Shown piece by piece: positions 49,701-59,640 of a stretch of DNA of 64,000 nt (the first letter of the stretch is position 1; each line of letters begins with the position of its first letter). Made by a program: the position numbers and the translations under genes. This DNA comes from Candidatus Hydrogenedentota bacterium (lineage in GTDB: Bacteria; Hydrogenedentota; Hydrogenedentia; Hydrogenedentales; JAEUWI01). Location: assembly GCA_034669905.1 (NCBI GenBank), contig JAXMOL010000020.1, forward strand, positions 1 to 64,000. Direction: 5' to 3'. The notes under the pieces were generated by a model, which saw only the letters and a program-made list of their open reading frames with translations, ran no database searches and had not been told where the DNA came from.

Positions 49701-52118
49701 TCAGCGTCCGCGGCTGCTGCCCCGGGCCGTGCTGGGTTCGCGAACGGCGGCGGAGCTGCTGCGGGATACGGAACGACTGCTGGCGGAACTTCGCGACGTG
49801 CTGGGTGCGGGAGACCGCACACTGGACTGGCGCGAAGGAGGCGTACTTACGGAGCGGCTGGGTGCACTCTGTCGGGGGGTAACGGACCGACTGGAGCTTA
49901 CCGAGCGGCTGGGAGCGCTCTGCCGGGGGGCGACAGAACGGCTGGGAGCGCTCTGTCGGGGCGCGACGGAACGGCTGGGTGCACTCTGTCGGGGGGCAAC
50001 GGAGCGGCTGGGTGCACTGCTGGTTTGCTGACGGGAGCTCACCGAGCGATTGGGGATGACCGTACGGGTCGGGGCGCTTTCGCGGGGTGCCTGGTAGCTG
50101 CGGGTTGGGGTGCTGCTGCCACGGCTCGCCGTGGAAGGCGTCTGGCTTCGCGTGCGACTGGCCGGTTCACTCACGCGGGGTGCGGTGGTCCGGGTGGGCG
50201 TCCGTTCCGAAGTGGCGGCACTGGGCGTCCGACGGGCGTCACTGTTCCCACGGGTGCTCGTGCGGGGTGCAACACTGCTTTCCCGGCTGGGCGTACGGTT
50301 GGCCGTCGAAGTGCGATTGCTTGTCCGGGCCGGTGTCCGTTCGTAGGTCGTGATCCGCGTGGGGCTGTCGAAGGAGCTGCCACTGCGGGGGTCGATATCG
50401 GTCCGCTGGGGCGTCGAGCTGGAGCGCGTGGGCTGACGGCTGGACGTGGTGCGTCCACCCGTGTCGCGGCTGGCGCTGGTCCGGCCCGGCGTCGTGCTGC
50501 GGTCGGCGGCACTGCGGCCAGCGGTGCTACGGTTCGAGGTGGCCTCCCGGGGGGAGGTGGCACCGCGTACACTGCGGCCTTCGCGGGGGGTATTGATGGC
50601 CACGGAATCGCGACCCAGGCTACGTTCGTTGGTCGCACGTACCGGATTGCTGCGGGTGGCCCGGGCAAAGTCCGGCGTGCCCTGGTCGATACGGGCGGTA
50701 CGAATACGGTCCGAACTACTGGAGCGTACGGCCGTGGTCCGGGTGAAGTCACTGCCCGTGCGGGTGGCCCGGCTGAAGGCAGACCGTCCACTGACACTTT
50801 CAAGACGCTGTGCCCGTTCGCTGGCCGAGCGGCCGGCAACGGTAAAGGTGCTGGCGCCGCGGATACTCCGGCGGGGGGTATAGTCCCGCACCGTCGTTAC
50901 CGAGTTGTTGTAGGGAACACGGATGCTCGGGCGGGGGCTGTTGTAGTTGATATTCCAGATATTCACCGTGTGATTGCCGTGACCGTAGTAGTTACGGAAG
51001 GTGTTGTGGTGGGCAAAGTTCACATAGTGGGGACCGCGATAGAGGTAATCGGCGTGGACAAAGGAGGTGCCGAAATACCCGAAAGACACGCCACCAACGC
51101 TGAAGTAGGCGGAAGTGGTGGGATAGACGGGGCGATAGTGCCGGTTAACGGGAGCCCAGACGAAGTAGTCTCCATAGCGGATAGTGGCACACCGTGCGGG
51201 GCTCCACTGGGGCGCATAACTCCAGACCCAGCCATAGCTGGCGTGGTGGTCCCAGTAACCATGGTGGGAGGTGACGTAACTGAAGGGATAGTTGCCGACC
51301 CAGACGTTACCCACATTGTGGACGCTGTTCCAGTAACCGTGGTGGTACGGGGTGTAATCCACCACGACCGTGGGGCGCCAGCAGGGGCGGTTGTCGATAT
51401 AGACCCATTCGCCGTAACGATCGAGATCGCTGGCACCGATGACGTCCTGACTGATCTGTACCGAGGCAGGCGTTTGATTGCCACCCGTGGCCAGAAATTC
51501 GGCACGCTCGCGGTTCCAACGGTCGAAGGCATCTTCATTCGTCCGATCATAGGGCGTCGGCTGGGAAGGAAGGAGACCTGCTTCAATAAACACACGCCGT
51601 CCCGAATGGGCCAGGACGGAACCACCGGCATCCGTGCGTACGGTGGCGCGTCCCCAGCGGGTGCTGATGGTTGTAATCCCTTCACTGACGATATCAATAC
51701 GGACGGCCGAGTCTTTCTCGACCTCCACGATACCGGCCGGGGTGTAGAAGACGAAATCGCCGGAGCTGCGGGCGAGTCGCTGCACATAGAAGGAGCCGAT
51801 CCAGCCACGGATGGTGGCGCTGGGGGGCATGCCGGCGATTTCCGCCTTACTGCCATCGGCCATGCGGAGGAAGGAACCACCGGAAAACTCCAGTTCGGTG
51901 CTGCCTCCGTTGTCTACCCAGACGGTGTCGCCGGGGAGTACGAGGGTATTGACGGAGCCACTGCTCCAATCACTTTCTTCGGTTCCCTTGAGGAGGGTTC
52001 CACCCGCATCATAGCTGATGCGGCCATGCAGTACCGTGTCGGCGGAGGCCGACAGAGGGACCCAAATGAGGGCAGCCACGAGGCCCACTGTCCATTTGCG
52101 CATTCGGTTTGTGTTCAT
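49701..52118 (-). CDS. Secreted FecR-like + DUF6600 (W/Y/G-rich) protein with long Ser/Arg/Thr/Pro disordered tail
   Basis: Signal peptide; GDTVWVD..ELEF..FLRM (FecR-like); DLDRYGEW...PYHHGYW...YGWVW...WSPA; AAGGA SD before ATG 52118. Confidence 0.8.
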   Translation of the reverse strand: MNTNRMRKWTVGLVAALIWVPLSASADTVLHGRISYDAGGTLLKGTEESDWSSGSVNTLVLPGDTVWVDNGGSTELEFSGGSFLRMADGSKAEIAGMPPSATIRGWIGSFYVQRLARSSGDFVFYTPAGIVEVEKDSAVRIDIVSEGITTISTRWGRATVRTDAGGSVLAHSGRRVFIEAGLLPSQPTPYDRTNEDAFDRWNRERAEFLATGGNQTPASVQISQDVIGASDLDRYGEWVYIDNRPCWRPTVVVDYTPYHHGYWNSVHNVGNVWVGNYPFSYVTSHHGYWDHHASYGWVWSYAPQWSPARCATIRYGDYFVWAPVNRHYRPVYPTTSAYFSVGGVSFGYFGTSFVHADYLYRGPHYVNFAHHNTFRNYYGHGNHTVNIWNINYNSPRPSIRVPYNNSVTTVRDYTPRRSIRGASTFTVAGRSASERAQRLESVSGRSAFSRATRTGSDFTRTTAVRSSSSDRIRTARIDQGTPDFARATRSNPVRATNERSLGRDSVAINTPREGRSVRGATSPREATSNRSTAGRSAADRSTTPGRTSASRDTGGRTTSSRQPTRSSSTPQRTDIDPRSGSSFDSPTRITTYERTPARTSNRTSTANRTPSRESSVAPRTSTRGNSDARRTPSAATSERTPTRTTAPRVSEPASRTRSQTPSTASRGSSTPTRSYQAPRESAPTRTVIPNRSVSSRQQTSSAPSRSVAPRQSAPSRSVAPRQSAPSRSVAPRQSAPSRSVSSSRSVTPRQSAPSRSVSTPPSRQSSVRSPAPSTSRSSASSRSVSRSSSAAVREPSTARGSSRGR
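49849..50018 (-). repeat. 33-bp coding repeats (SAPSRSVAPRQ)
   Basis: About 5 copies of SAPSRSV, mostly at 11-aa period, in the tail of 49701..52118. Confidence 0.8.
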
Positions 52119-52379
52119 GATAGGTTCCTTTCGCCGAGTCACTCACTCTGCCCAACTAGACGCGCTGTATCCCAAGCTATTCATTTTCCCGGGGCCACCG
52201 AGGTCGGGGGATGGGGTAATTACCGGGTTGTCCCCGTTATGGAACGTTTTTGATGAAGAACGGCCGCCTACAAAGAGTCGATATTCGAACAAACCACGAA
52301 ATATGTTCTTATTCTGAACACTGTGGAGCTTTTCCGGTGAGATTGATACAATCAACGGCGGAAGGAGGAGTTCCACTGC

Positions 52380-53807
52380 ATGCACCGCTGTTCTCACTGC
52401 CATCATGAATCACCCCCCGACGCGACCCGATGCGCCCAATGCGGCACCCCATTTCCGGGCTATCTCCTCGTGGATCGTTTTCGGCTGGTGGAACGCCTCG
52501 GCCGGGGCGGCCTGGGCTCGGTGTGGCTGGGAGAAGATGTCCAGCTGGACAATGAAAAGGTGGCCTGCAAGATCCTCAAAAGCGATCTGTACGACGATCG
52601 CCGTGCCGTTTCCGACCTCAAACGGGAAGTCCTTTTAACCCGTCGACTCCGTCATCCCCATATACTCGCCGTCTATACCTTCTGGGAGACGGATGAATAC
52701 CGCATGATTACGATGGAGTACATTAAGGGGAGCAATCTCTCGGAATTGCTCCTGAAAAAGGGCCGCCCCTTTTATCCTTCGGAGATTGTGGGGTGGCTGA
52801 AGGAAATCGGGGAAGCCCTCGACTATGCCCATGGTGAAGGCGTTCTCCATCGAGATGTAAAACCGGCCAATATCCTGTTGGACGACCAGGGACGTATCCT
52901 GCTGGCCGATTTCGGCATCGCGCGGACCGCCCGGGAAGTGCAGGCACGGCTGACCGGCGAACTGACTAGTGGCACGCTGCTCTATGTGAGCCCCGAGCAG
53001 CTCATGGGGGAGCGGCTGGATGGCCGCAGTGACCTCTACAGCCTGGCGGCGACCATTTACGAATTGATGGCCGGGTTGCCTCCTTTCAGCAAAGGATCCA
53101 TCGTAACCCAAATCCAGATGAAGCCGGCTCCGCCCATTGAAGGCCTGCCCGACCCGATAAACCAGGTGCTCCTCAAGGCGCTGGCGAAAGACCCCGGGCG
53201 TCGTTATGACACCTGTGGCGATTTCAGCACCGCCTTTGCGGATGCGGTGGCGGAGGTAGCCGAATTGGAGGGGGATCACCAATCAGAGCTCTTCCCCCAA
53301 TTGCAGCAGGCCTATGAGGAAGCGATTGAAGAGGCAACCGTGGCCCTGGAAAAGCAGGATACGGCCACCCTGCGCATGCGGCTGGGCACCCTGCTGATTG
53401 AGGCCGACCTCCTGACCGATGAGCAATTGGTGCAGGCCCTGGAGATTCAAAAGGTGGAGCAGCGCCGCCTGGGTGAAATTCTGATTGCCCACCTGGACTT
53501 GACGGAGGAAGGGATCGGACGGGCCCTGGCGCGCCAGATTCAATTGCCCTTCCTTTCACCGCTGCCGCTGGCGGATATCAGCCGCCCCGTGGCCGACACG
53601 GTGACCGCTTCCCTCGCACTGAACCGGGGGTGCCTGCCCATGATGCAATCGGAGTTAGGGCTGACCGTGGCCATGGCGGACCCCCTCGACATGCGGACCC
53701 TGAATGAATTGGAAGGCACGTTTAAGACGACGATTCAGCCCGTAGTAACGACCCGTGCCGCCCTGGAAGAAGCGATTACCCATATCTGGGGCGACGAAAC
53801 AGGTTGA
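52380..53807 (+). CDS. Hanks-type Ser/Thr kinase with N-terminal zinc ribbon and C-terminal MshEN domain
   Basis: CxxC-CxxC; GRGGLG, VACK, HRDVKPAN, DFG and SPE; tandem RLG motifs plus VAMADPLD. Confidence 0.9.
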   Translation: MHRCSHCHHESPPDATRCAQCGTPFPGYLLVDRFRLVERLGRGGLGSVWLGEDVQLDNEKVACKILKSDLYDDRRAVSDLKREVLLTRRLRHPHILAVYTFWETDEYRMITMEYIKGSNLSELLLKKGRPFYPSEIVGWLKEIGEALDYAHGEGVLHRDVKPANILLDDQGRILLADFGIARTAREVQARLTGELTSGTLLYVSPEQLMGERLDGRSDLYSLAATIYELMAGLPPFSKGSIVTQIQMKPAPPIEGLPDPINQVLLKALAKDPGRRYDTCGDFSTAFADAVAEVAELEGDHQSELFPQLQQAYEEAIEEATVALEKQDTATLRMRLGTLLIEADLLTDEQLVQALEIQKVEQRRLGEILIAHLDLTEEGIGRALARQIQLPFLSPLPLADISRPVADTVTASLALNRGCLPMMQSELGLTVAMADPLDMRTLNELEGTFKTTIQPVVTTRAALEEAITHIWGDETG

Positions 53808-53998
53808 CACCCGCGCTAACGATTCTCTAGTCTAAGCGAGGTGTCGGGCGCGCGGAGTAAATCTATTGGGATTTCTGTCGCTCTTCCGACCCTTTTTGAG
53901 CCCATTCACGGTGCTCAAAATCCCGTGCACACCAGACGAAGCATTCCACCAACGGACTCCTCTTTCCGGGCAGTCTATTCGAAGGAAGAATCACCACG

Positions 53999-55288
53999 AT
54001 GAATATGTCAATTCGCGTTCAACTATCGGTCATGATGTTTGTCCAGTTTTTTGTCTGGGGAGCATGGTTCGTGACCATGGGCAACTACCTGGGAGCAGGA
54101 CTGGAGTTTGAGGGCAGTGACATTGGCCGTGCCTACAGCACCACGGGCTATGCGGCCATACTTTCACCCCTCTTCGTGGGCATGGTGGCCGACCGTTTCT
54201 TTTCCGCACAACGGGTCATGGGGGTGTTACACCTCCTGGGCGCGGGACTGATGTATTGGGCGTCTACGATTACGACACCGGGTATGTTTTTCTGGGTCGT
54301 GTTGGCCTATGCCATGTGTTACATGCCGACCTTGGCGCTTGTGAATTCCATCTCCTTCAACCAGATGACGAATCCGGAAAAAGAGTTTCCGGGCATTCGT
54401 GTGGCGGGCACGCTGGGCTGGATTGCGGCTGGTCTTGTGATTACGTTGCTCGGCGCTATCGCATTCGAAGGCATTGAAGCCACTGCGATTCCCTTCAAGA
54501 TGGCGGCAGTCGCTTCGCTGATCATGGGCGTGATTTCCTTCACGTTGCCCGATACCCCCCCGAAAGGTAAGGGCCAGAAAGCTTCCGTGGTCGACCTGCT
54601 TGGCCTCGATGCGTTGGCGCTTATGAAGGACCGGTCCTTCGCGATTTTCGCCATCAGCTCCCTCCTCATTTGCATCCCCCTTGCCTTCTACTATTCCTTC
54701 GCCAACCTGTTCTTCAACGACACCGGAATGACGGGTGTTGCCGCGAAAATGACCATGGGGCAGATGTCCGAAGTGGCCTTCATGATTGTCATGCCCTTCT
54801 TCTTCGCCCGCCTGGGTGTGAAGAAGATGCTGCTCTTCGGTATGTTGGCCTGGGTCATCCGGTATGCGCTTTTCGCCTTTGGTAACGGTGAAGGCCTGGT
54901 CTTCATGTTCTATGGCGGCATCCTGCTCCACGGTATCTGCTATGACTTCTTCTTTGTCACCGGCCAGATTTATGTGGATAAAGAAGCCCCCGAAGCCATG
55001 CGCTCCAATGCCCAGGGTTTCATCGCCCTGATTACCTACGGTATCGGCATGGTTATCGGTAATGAAATCGCCGGCCGCTGGGTAGGAAGCCACAGCGAAA
55101 CGGTCGAGAACGTGGTGGACGGTGTTGCGGCAAGCGTAACGACCTACGATTGGCAGGGAATCTGGATGATGCCCACGATCATGGCCTTTATTATCGTGAT
55201 TGGATTCACCATCCTCTTTAAAGATCCCGGTAACGGCAATGCCGGTGCGGCCGAAGCCGTAGAGCCCGTGCCGGGTCCCACGGAATAA
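53999..55288 (+). CDS. MFS nucleoside:H+ symporter family permease (NupG/YegT-like)
   Basis: QFFVWGAW, GMVADRFF, YMPTLAL, GQMSE and LHGICYDFFFVTGQIYVD. Confidence 0.92.
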   Translation: MNMSIRVQLSVMMFVQFFVWGAWFVTMGNYLGAGLEFEGSDIGRAYSTTGYAAILSPLFVGMVADRFFSAQRVMGVLHLLGAGLMYWASTITTPGMFFWVVLAYAMCYMPTLALVNSISFNQMTNPEKEFPGIRVAGTLGWIAAGLVITLLGAIAFEGIEATAIPFKMAAVASLIMGVISFTLPDTPPKGKGQKASVVDLLGLDALALMKDRSFAIFAISSLLICIPLAFYYSFANLFFNDTGMTGVAAKMTMGQMSEVAFMIVMPFFFARLGVKKMLLFGMLAWVIRYALFAFGNGEGLVFMFYGGILLHGICYDFFFVTGQIYVDKEAPEAMRSNAQGFIALITYGIGMVIGNEIAGRWVGSHSETVENVVDGVAASVTTYDWQGIWMMPTIMAFIIVIGFTILFKDPGNGNAGAAEAVEPVPGPTE

Positions 55289-55311
55289 CGTTATCTGATA
55301 GGTAATCACTT

Positions 55312-55350
55312 TCAGGGCAGCCTGCCGATGCAGGTTGCCCTGATTCTTTT
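55312..55350 (+). terminator. Rho-independent terminator
   Basis: TCAGGGCAGCCTGC-cgat-GCAGGTTGCCCTGA followed by TTCTTTT. Confidence 0.8.
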
Positions 55351-55403
55351 GGTCCGTTGTGCGGCGGGTAGGAAAACACGCCCTCCGCTCCGACGACATA
55401 TTG

Positions 55404-55691
55404 CTGGAGTGCGGGTTTTCTTGCCCGCGATAACACGATTGCTTGGTTGCCCGGAATCTATGGGGTTAATAACCGGAAGTGAAAACGACGGGCAAAGGAC
55501 CTAAAGGACTTAAACGACCTAAAGGACGGGGAGGAACTCCAGGTGGTGGGCACCCCGGGAACGGTTGAGCGATTGCGCCATCGCTGCTTTAAGGACTGCA
55601 CCATGCGCGGCGCGGATGGCGGCCCGAGGCCTGTCTAGAAGTGGGGAGCAAGCTCCCCGAGGAAAAGCGGCAGCAAGCTGCCGCACTCCAG
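55404..55691. repeat. REPIN-like element (CTGGAGTGCGG...CCGCACTCCAG) with nested 9-bp repeat
   Basis: 11-bp perfect terminal IR; hairpins GGGAGCAAGCTCCC and GCGGCAGCAAGCTGCCGC; AAAGGACCT-type x4 at 55494-55527. Confidence 0.7.
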
Positions 55692-55961
55692 GGAGTCGTC
55701 TCTTCTTATGCTCACAGGCGAATAGTGGGGGCTATCGGGGAATAATAATCTCGGGCAACTTGCGTGAATCGACGTGTCGAACCCGGGACGCGCTTTGGCA
55801 AGGCTCATTGACGCCCCCCATTCGCACGAACCCTCGTTCCTCGGGATCGCGCGGCACGATCATACTCCAATAGCCTGCGCAACGTAGACCCCTCCACAAA
55901 GAAATCGGGGCAACGCGTCATGCCAGACACGTTGCCCCGAGGTAGATGCTGCTCTTCGTCG

Positions 55962-58409
55962 TTACTCTACTTCGCCGACCTTAATGAGCCACACTTCCGA
56001 GACCATGCAGCCCCGGCCTTCGACGAGGTTCCATTCCACATCGAGGGTGCCCGACTTGGTGGCTTCGTGGGGGAGATAGTAGCTCACGGGCCAGATGGGG
56101 CTGGGCTGGGCCACGGGGCCATGGATGCCGAACTCATCGTTGAGCGTCAGCGTCATGGCCGGACGGAAACGTCCGGCATACGTCACCTTCAGGCGGTACT
56201 GGGCCTTGGGGTCCAGGTTTTCATAACGCATTTTGAGGGGCGTCCCATAGAGGGTGGTGATTTGGGTCTGCCACGAGGAGCGCAGTTCCTGCCGTCCGGT
56301 GTGGGCACCCTTGAGGCGGGCGGCTTCGCCCTTGAAGACCATGTTGTCTGCCTCCGCCTGGCTGGCTTGCGCCTTGATGGTCGCCTGATCGGCCATGTAT
56401 TTCGGGAAGGCCACCCGGGCCGTATGGTTGCCTGCCGGGTCTTCCTCCCACGTGCGTTGATAGACGACGTGGGGCGCGGCACCGGCCTGTCCCAGGTTGT
56501 CGTAGAAGCCACCCTCACCCGGGTCGCTCCAGTTCAGCAGCTCATCGATGTGTCCAAGCTGGGCCTTCTCGTCGTTCATCGCCAGGATCGTTTCGAAACG
56601 TTGCTCCAACCAGGGGCGGTCATTGAGCGGTTGGTCGAGCCAGTCCAGCAGGGCACCCCGCTCGGAGTTCCGGGCGAGATAGGGCGCTTCCACGCTCAAC
56701 TGATAGCCAATGCTTTTCAGCAAGACGGGTCCGAGGGCTTTGATGCCGGCGCGGAGCTCGGGTGCGGCCGGGGTGTCGGCCTTTGCCAGGGCGACGCGGG
56801 CCTTTTCGATGGCAGCTTCAACGCCGATGAGATTGGCTTTTGAGAGGGCGGTATAGGCCTCTTCTTCATAGGCTTTCTGCGCGCGGGCTTCGGCCTGCAC
56901 GTGGGCGTCATAACGAGCGCGGAAAAGATACATCTGGGCGCGCCAGTTGGTCTCGTAGTCGGGGACCTTCGTGGCGATGTCTTCCCACAGGGCCAGGGTT
57001 TGGGGGATGGACTTATTGTTGAGGATGGGGCCCTGCCAGTTGGCTTCGAAAAGGCGCATCCCTTTGGCCACGTCTTTCGCCAGCCCATCGCCAAACCAGA
57101 CCTTGCCGTATTCTTCCAGGGCCGCGTCGAGATCGGCATTCGGGTCCCAGCCGAGGACGTTCCACACGTGCTTGTTCAGGTCATCGTGGATACCGTCGGA
57201 ATAGGTGCCGAAGCCATCGCTGACTTCCAGGTAGCGCTTATAGATGTGCTGCTGCATGGCCGGCATGGGCATCATGGGTTCCCGGCCCAGGGTGTGTGCA
57301 AAGGCAGGATCCCAGTTGGGGATGGGATACTGGCAGCGCACTGTGTGGTTGATGTCGGGATAGCGACGGATGGGATAGCGTTTCGGAGTGCGTTCCCGCA
57401 TCTCTTCCCAGCCCATCTTAATCCAGGGGCCATAGACCAGGCCTTCGAGCCAATCGGGATTCTCCGTGGCGAGGTAGTCGAAGAAGTAATCGTTTTCTTC
57501 GAGGGTAAAGGTCTGGTTGGATACCCAAATCTTGGCGTTGGGGTGTTTTTCCCGGAGGATGGGGGCCATGCCTTCGAGGAAGGGCATGAGGTGTTCGGCG
57601 GGCGTGTCGCCATCATCACCACCGGGCACGAAGATATGATCGATGGCCGGGTAGTCGGCGAGAAACTCACGCCGTTTTTCGAGGCCCTCGGCCAGGCCTT
57701 CCGGGGTGGTGACATCTTCTTCTTCGTCGGCCATGACGGGCGACCAGAGCCAAACGTCGATACCATAGGAGCTGATGAGGGCTGAAAGCTTGATGTTCAT
57801 AGCGCGCATGGTCTCGGTCATGACTTCGCCGTCTTTGACGTTCGGGTCGAGGTTGGTGATGAGCTCGACCCCGTTGCAACCAAAGATGATCAGGTCGCGG
57901 ATGTATTGCTCATAGACTTCCACCGTCCAGGCATCGTAGGTGTTGGCCGTATTCCGGTAGGCCAGCTGGTGGGCACGGAGGGGCACGTCGGGTGCCGTAG
58001 CAATGGGCTTCTTGAGGTCGAGGCTCAGGGTGCCCGATCCATAGTCCGCCAGACGAATCAGGCGGCCCGCGGCATAGAGGGCACCGCGGGCATCAAAGCC
58101 GGCGAGTCTTACCGTGTTGCCTTCGACGGAGACGCCGTAGGCTTCGGCTTGCTGCGGTACCTCAACGCCGACGACATCGCGGGACACACCCAGCTCAATC
58201 GTGACCGACGCGCCCGATGCCGCGATGGGCAAGGTAATGCCACTGCGCTCGGCCAGTTCTTCCTGCAGCATGACGGCTGCCTTCGCCACCACGGGCGATT
58301 CACTCTTGGGCACGATAACCGCACCACTCAGGTCGAGGGCCCAGGTGGGCGCAACGGCCACCAGTCCCAAGACCCAAAAACTCCATTTGCTTGCGATACC
58401 ATTAAACAT
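55962..58409 (-). CDS. Secreted glycoside hydrolase-like protein (GH20 N-terminal-like domain + TIM-barrel-like region)
   Basis: Signal peptide; EAYGVSV..LAGFDARGALYAAGRL N-domain; family not resolved. Confidence 0.65.
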   Translation of the reverse strand: MFNGIASKWSFWVLGLVAVAPTWALDLSGAVIVPKSESPVVAKAAVMLQEELAERSGITLPIAASGASVTIELGVSRDVVGVEVPQQAEAYGVSVEGNTVRLAGFDARGALYAAGRLIRLADYGSGTLSLDLKKPIATAPDVPLRAHQLAYRNTANTYDAWTVEVYEQYIRDLIIFGCNGVELITNLDPNVKDGEVMTETMRAMNIKLSALISSYGIDVWLWSPVMADEEEDVTTPEGLAEGLEKRREFLADYPAIDHIFVPGGDDGDTPAEHLMPFLEGMAPILREKHPNAKIWVSNQTFTLEENDYFFDYLATENPDWLEGLVYGPWIKMGWEEMRERTPKRYPIRRYPDINHTVRCQYPIPNWDPAFAHTLGREPMMPMPAMQQHIYKRYLEVSDGFGTYSDGIHDDLNKHVWNVLGWDPNADLDAALEEYGKVWFGDGLAKDVAKGMRLFEANWQGPILNNKSIPQTLALWEDIATKVPDYETNWRAQMYLFRARYDAHVQAEARAQKAYEEEAYTALSKANLIGVEAAIEKARVALAKADTPAAPELRAGIKALGPVLLKSIGYQLSVEAPYLARNSERGALLDWLDQPLNDRPWLEQRFETILAMNDEKAQLGHIDELLNWSDPGEGGFYDNLGQAGAAPHVVYQRTWEEDPAGNHTARVAFPKYMADQATIKAQASQAEADNMVFKGEAARLKGAHTGRQELRSSWQTQITTLYGTPLKMRYENLDPKAQYRLKVTYAGRFRPAMTLTLNDEFGIHGPVAQPSPIWPVSYYLPHEATKSGTLDVEWNLVEGRGCMVSEVWLIKVGEVE

Positions 58410-58624
58410 ACCGGTCTCTCCTCAACTGCCTGAAATACATGTGCCGACTGCTCTTGCGGCGGGTGTCACGATGACGACTCTAGGAATCATTGATTTAAGC
58501 AGAATTGAGAGGGCAGGTCAAGGTGGCGGGTTTTGATGGATTTGGCTGTGACAACGCCAAAGCATGCCGCCGGGTACGGAGTGGCAAGGTCACCGTTGTC
58601 TGCATATACCCGTGTTACGAGAAA

Positions 58625-59428
58625 TCATTTCAACTGTCCATACAGCGCGGTGCGACGGCTTCCGAAGCGGTCGTTGAGACCGGCGATGCCCTTGTCATCG
58701 GCATCGTTGGGGTTGATAGTTGCCGTGGCCCCATGGGCGGCATCGGTGGGGGCTTTGACCAATTCTTCACCCCGACAGCCCAGCACCTGGCTGCCCCCGG
58801 TAAAGGTGAGTTCCCGGCCGGTACGGGCTTCCGTGCCGATGCGATTGGCCGTGATGGTGAACACGGCATTTTCCAGGCTGCGGGCAAACATGGCCTGCTG
58901 ACACCAGGGGAGAACGAGGTTGCTCGGATGGGCGATGATCTGGGCACCGGCCAGTGCCAGGCAGCGTGCCGTTTCGGGGAAGAACCAGTCGAAACAGATC
59001 ATCATGCCAATACGGCCCACGGGGGTCTCTACCACCGCAGGGGCCTTGTCACCCGGCAGAAAAACATTTTGCTCGCGGTTGAAGAGATGGATCTTGCGGT
59101 AGTTGTGGGCCGTGCCATCGGGGCAGACGAGCATAGAGGAATTGTAGCAGCCTTCGGGCGCGGCCTCCGCGTATCCAGCCACCAGGGTGGTGTGGGTGTT
59201 GGCGGCCAGCGCGGTGAGGAGCGTGCGGGTCGGGCCATCGGCGAAGGGCTCGGCCAGGGATTGTAGTTCCGCCTTGTCGTGGAAGTCATAGCCCGAAAAG
59301 GCGAGTTCGGGGAGCACGAGCAGATCGGCCTCCGCCACGTTGGGGAGCATGGCCCGGATCGTGTTTGCGTTGGCCTGCCAGTCGCCAAAGGTAACTTCGT
59401 ATTGCAGATAGCCTGCCTGGATGGTCAT
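58625..59428 (-). CDS. Carbon-nitrogen hydrolase (nitrilase family)
   Basis: LVLPEL, YRKIHLF and ICFDWFFPE give the E-K-C triad. Confidence 0.92.
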   Translation of the reverse strand: MTIQAGYLQYEVTFGDWQANANTIRAMLPNVAEADLLVLPELAFSGYDFHDKAELQSLAEPFADGPTRTLLTALAANTHTTLVAGYAEAAPEGCYNSSMLVCPDGTAHNYRKIHLFNREQNVFLPGDKAPAVVETPVGRIGMMICFDWFFPETARCLALAGAQIIAHPSNLVLPWCQQAMFARSLENAVFTITANRIGTEARTGRELTFTGGSQVLGCRGEELVKAPTDAAHGATATINPNDADDKGIAGLNDRFGSRRTALYGQLK

Positions 59429-59530
59429 CGTGTTTTACCTCAGATGGTGATGTTGTGAATGGGGCAGGGTAGGCCAGTGGCAGACCGCGATGCAAGCCGC
59501 TCGGTACGTGTGTGATTATTTTGTAGCTTA

Positions 59531-59623
59531 TTCTAACCACAGAGAACGCAAAGAACACAGCAATGGGAATGGTCAACCCCCTGTTGGCTGGTGCCGCTGA
59601 ACCTGGGATCTTTGTGGTTAGAA
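59531..59623. repeat. MITE-like element with 15-bp imperfect terminal IR
   Basis: TTCTAACCACAGAGA...TCTTTGTGGTTAGAA (14/15 complementary); 9-bp periodic left arm. Confidence 0.7.
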
Positions 59624-59640
59624 CACGGCGACCGTTTGAA

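Noticed and set aside
48519..52253. 1244-aa plus-strand ORF spanning two genes
   Set aside because: It is codon-aligned antisense to two same-frame minus-strand genes, has no motifs and is low complexity. This is a GC-rich shadow ORF.
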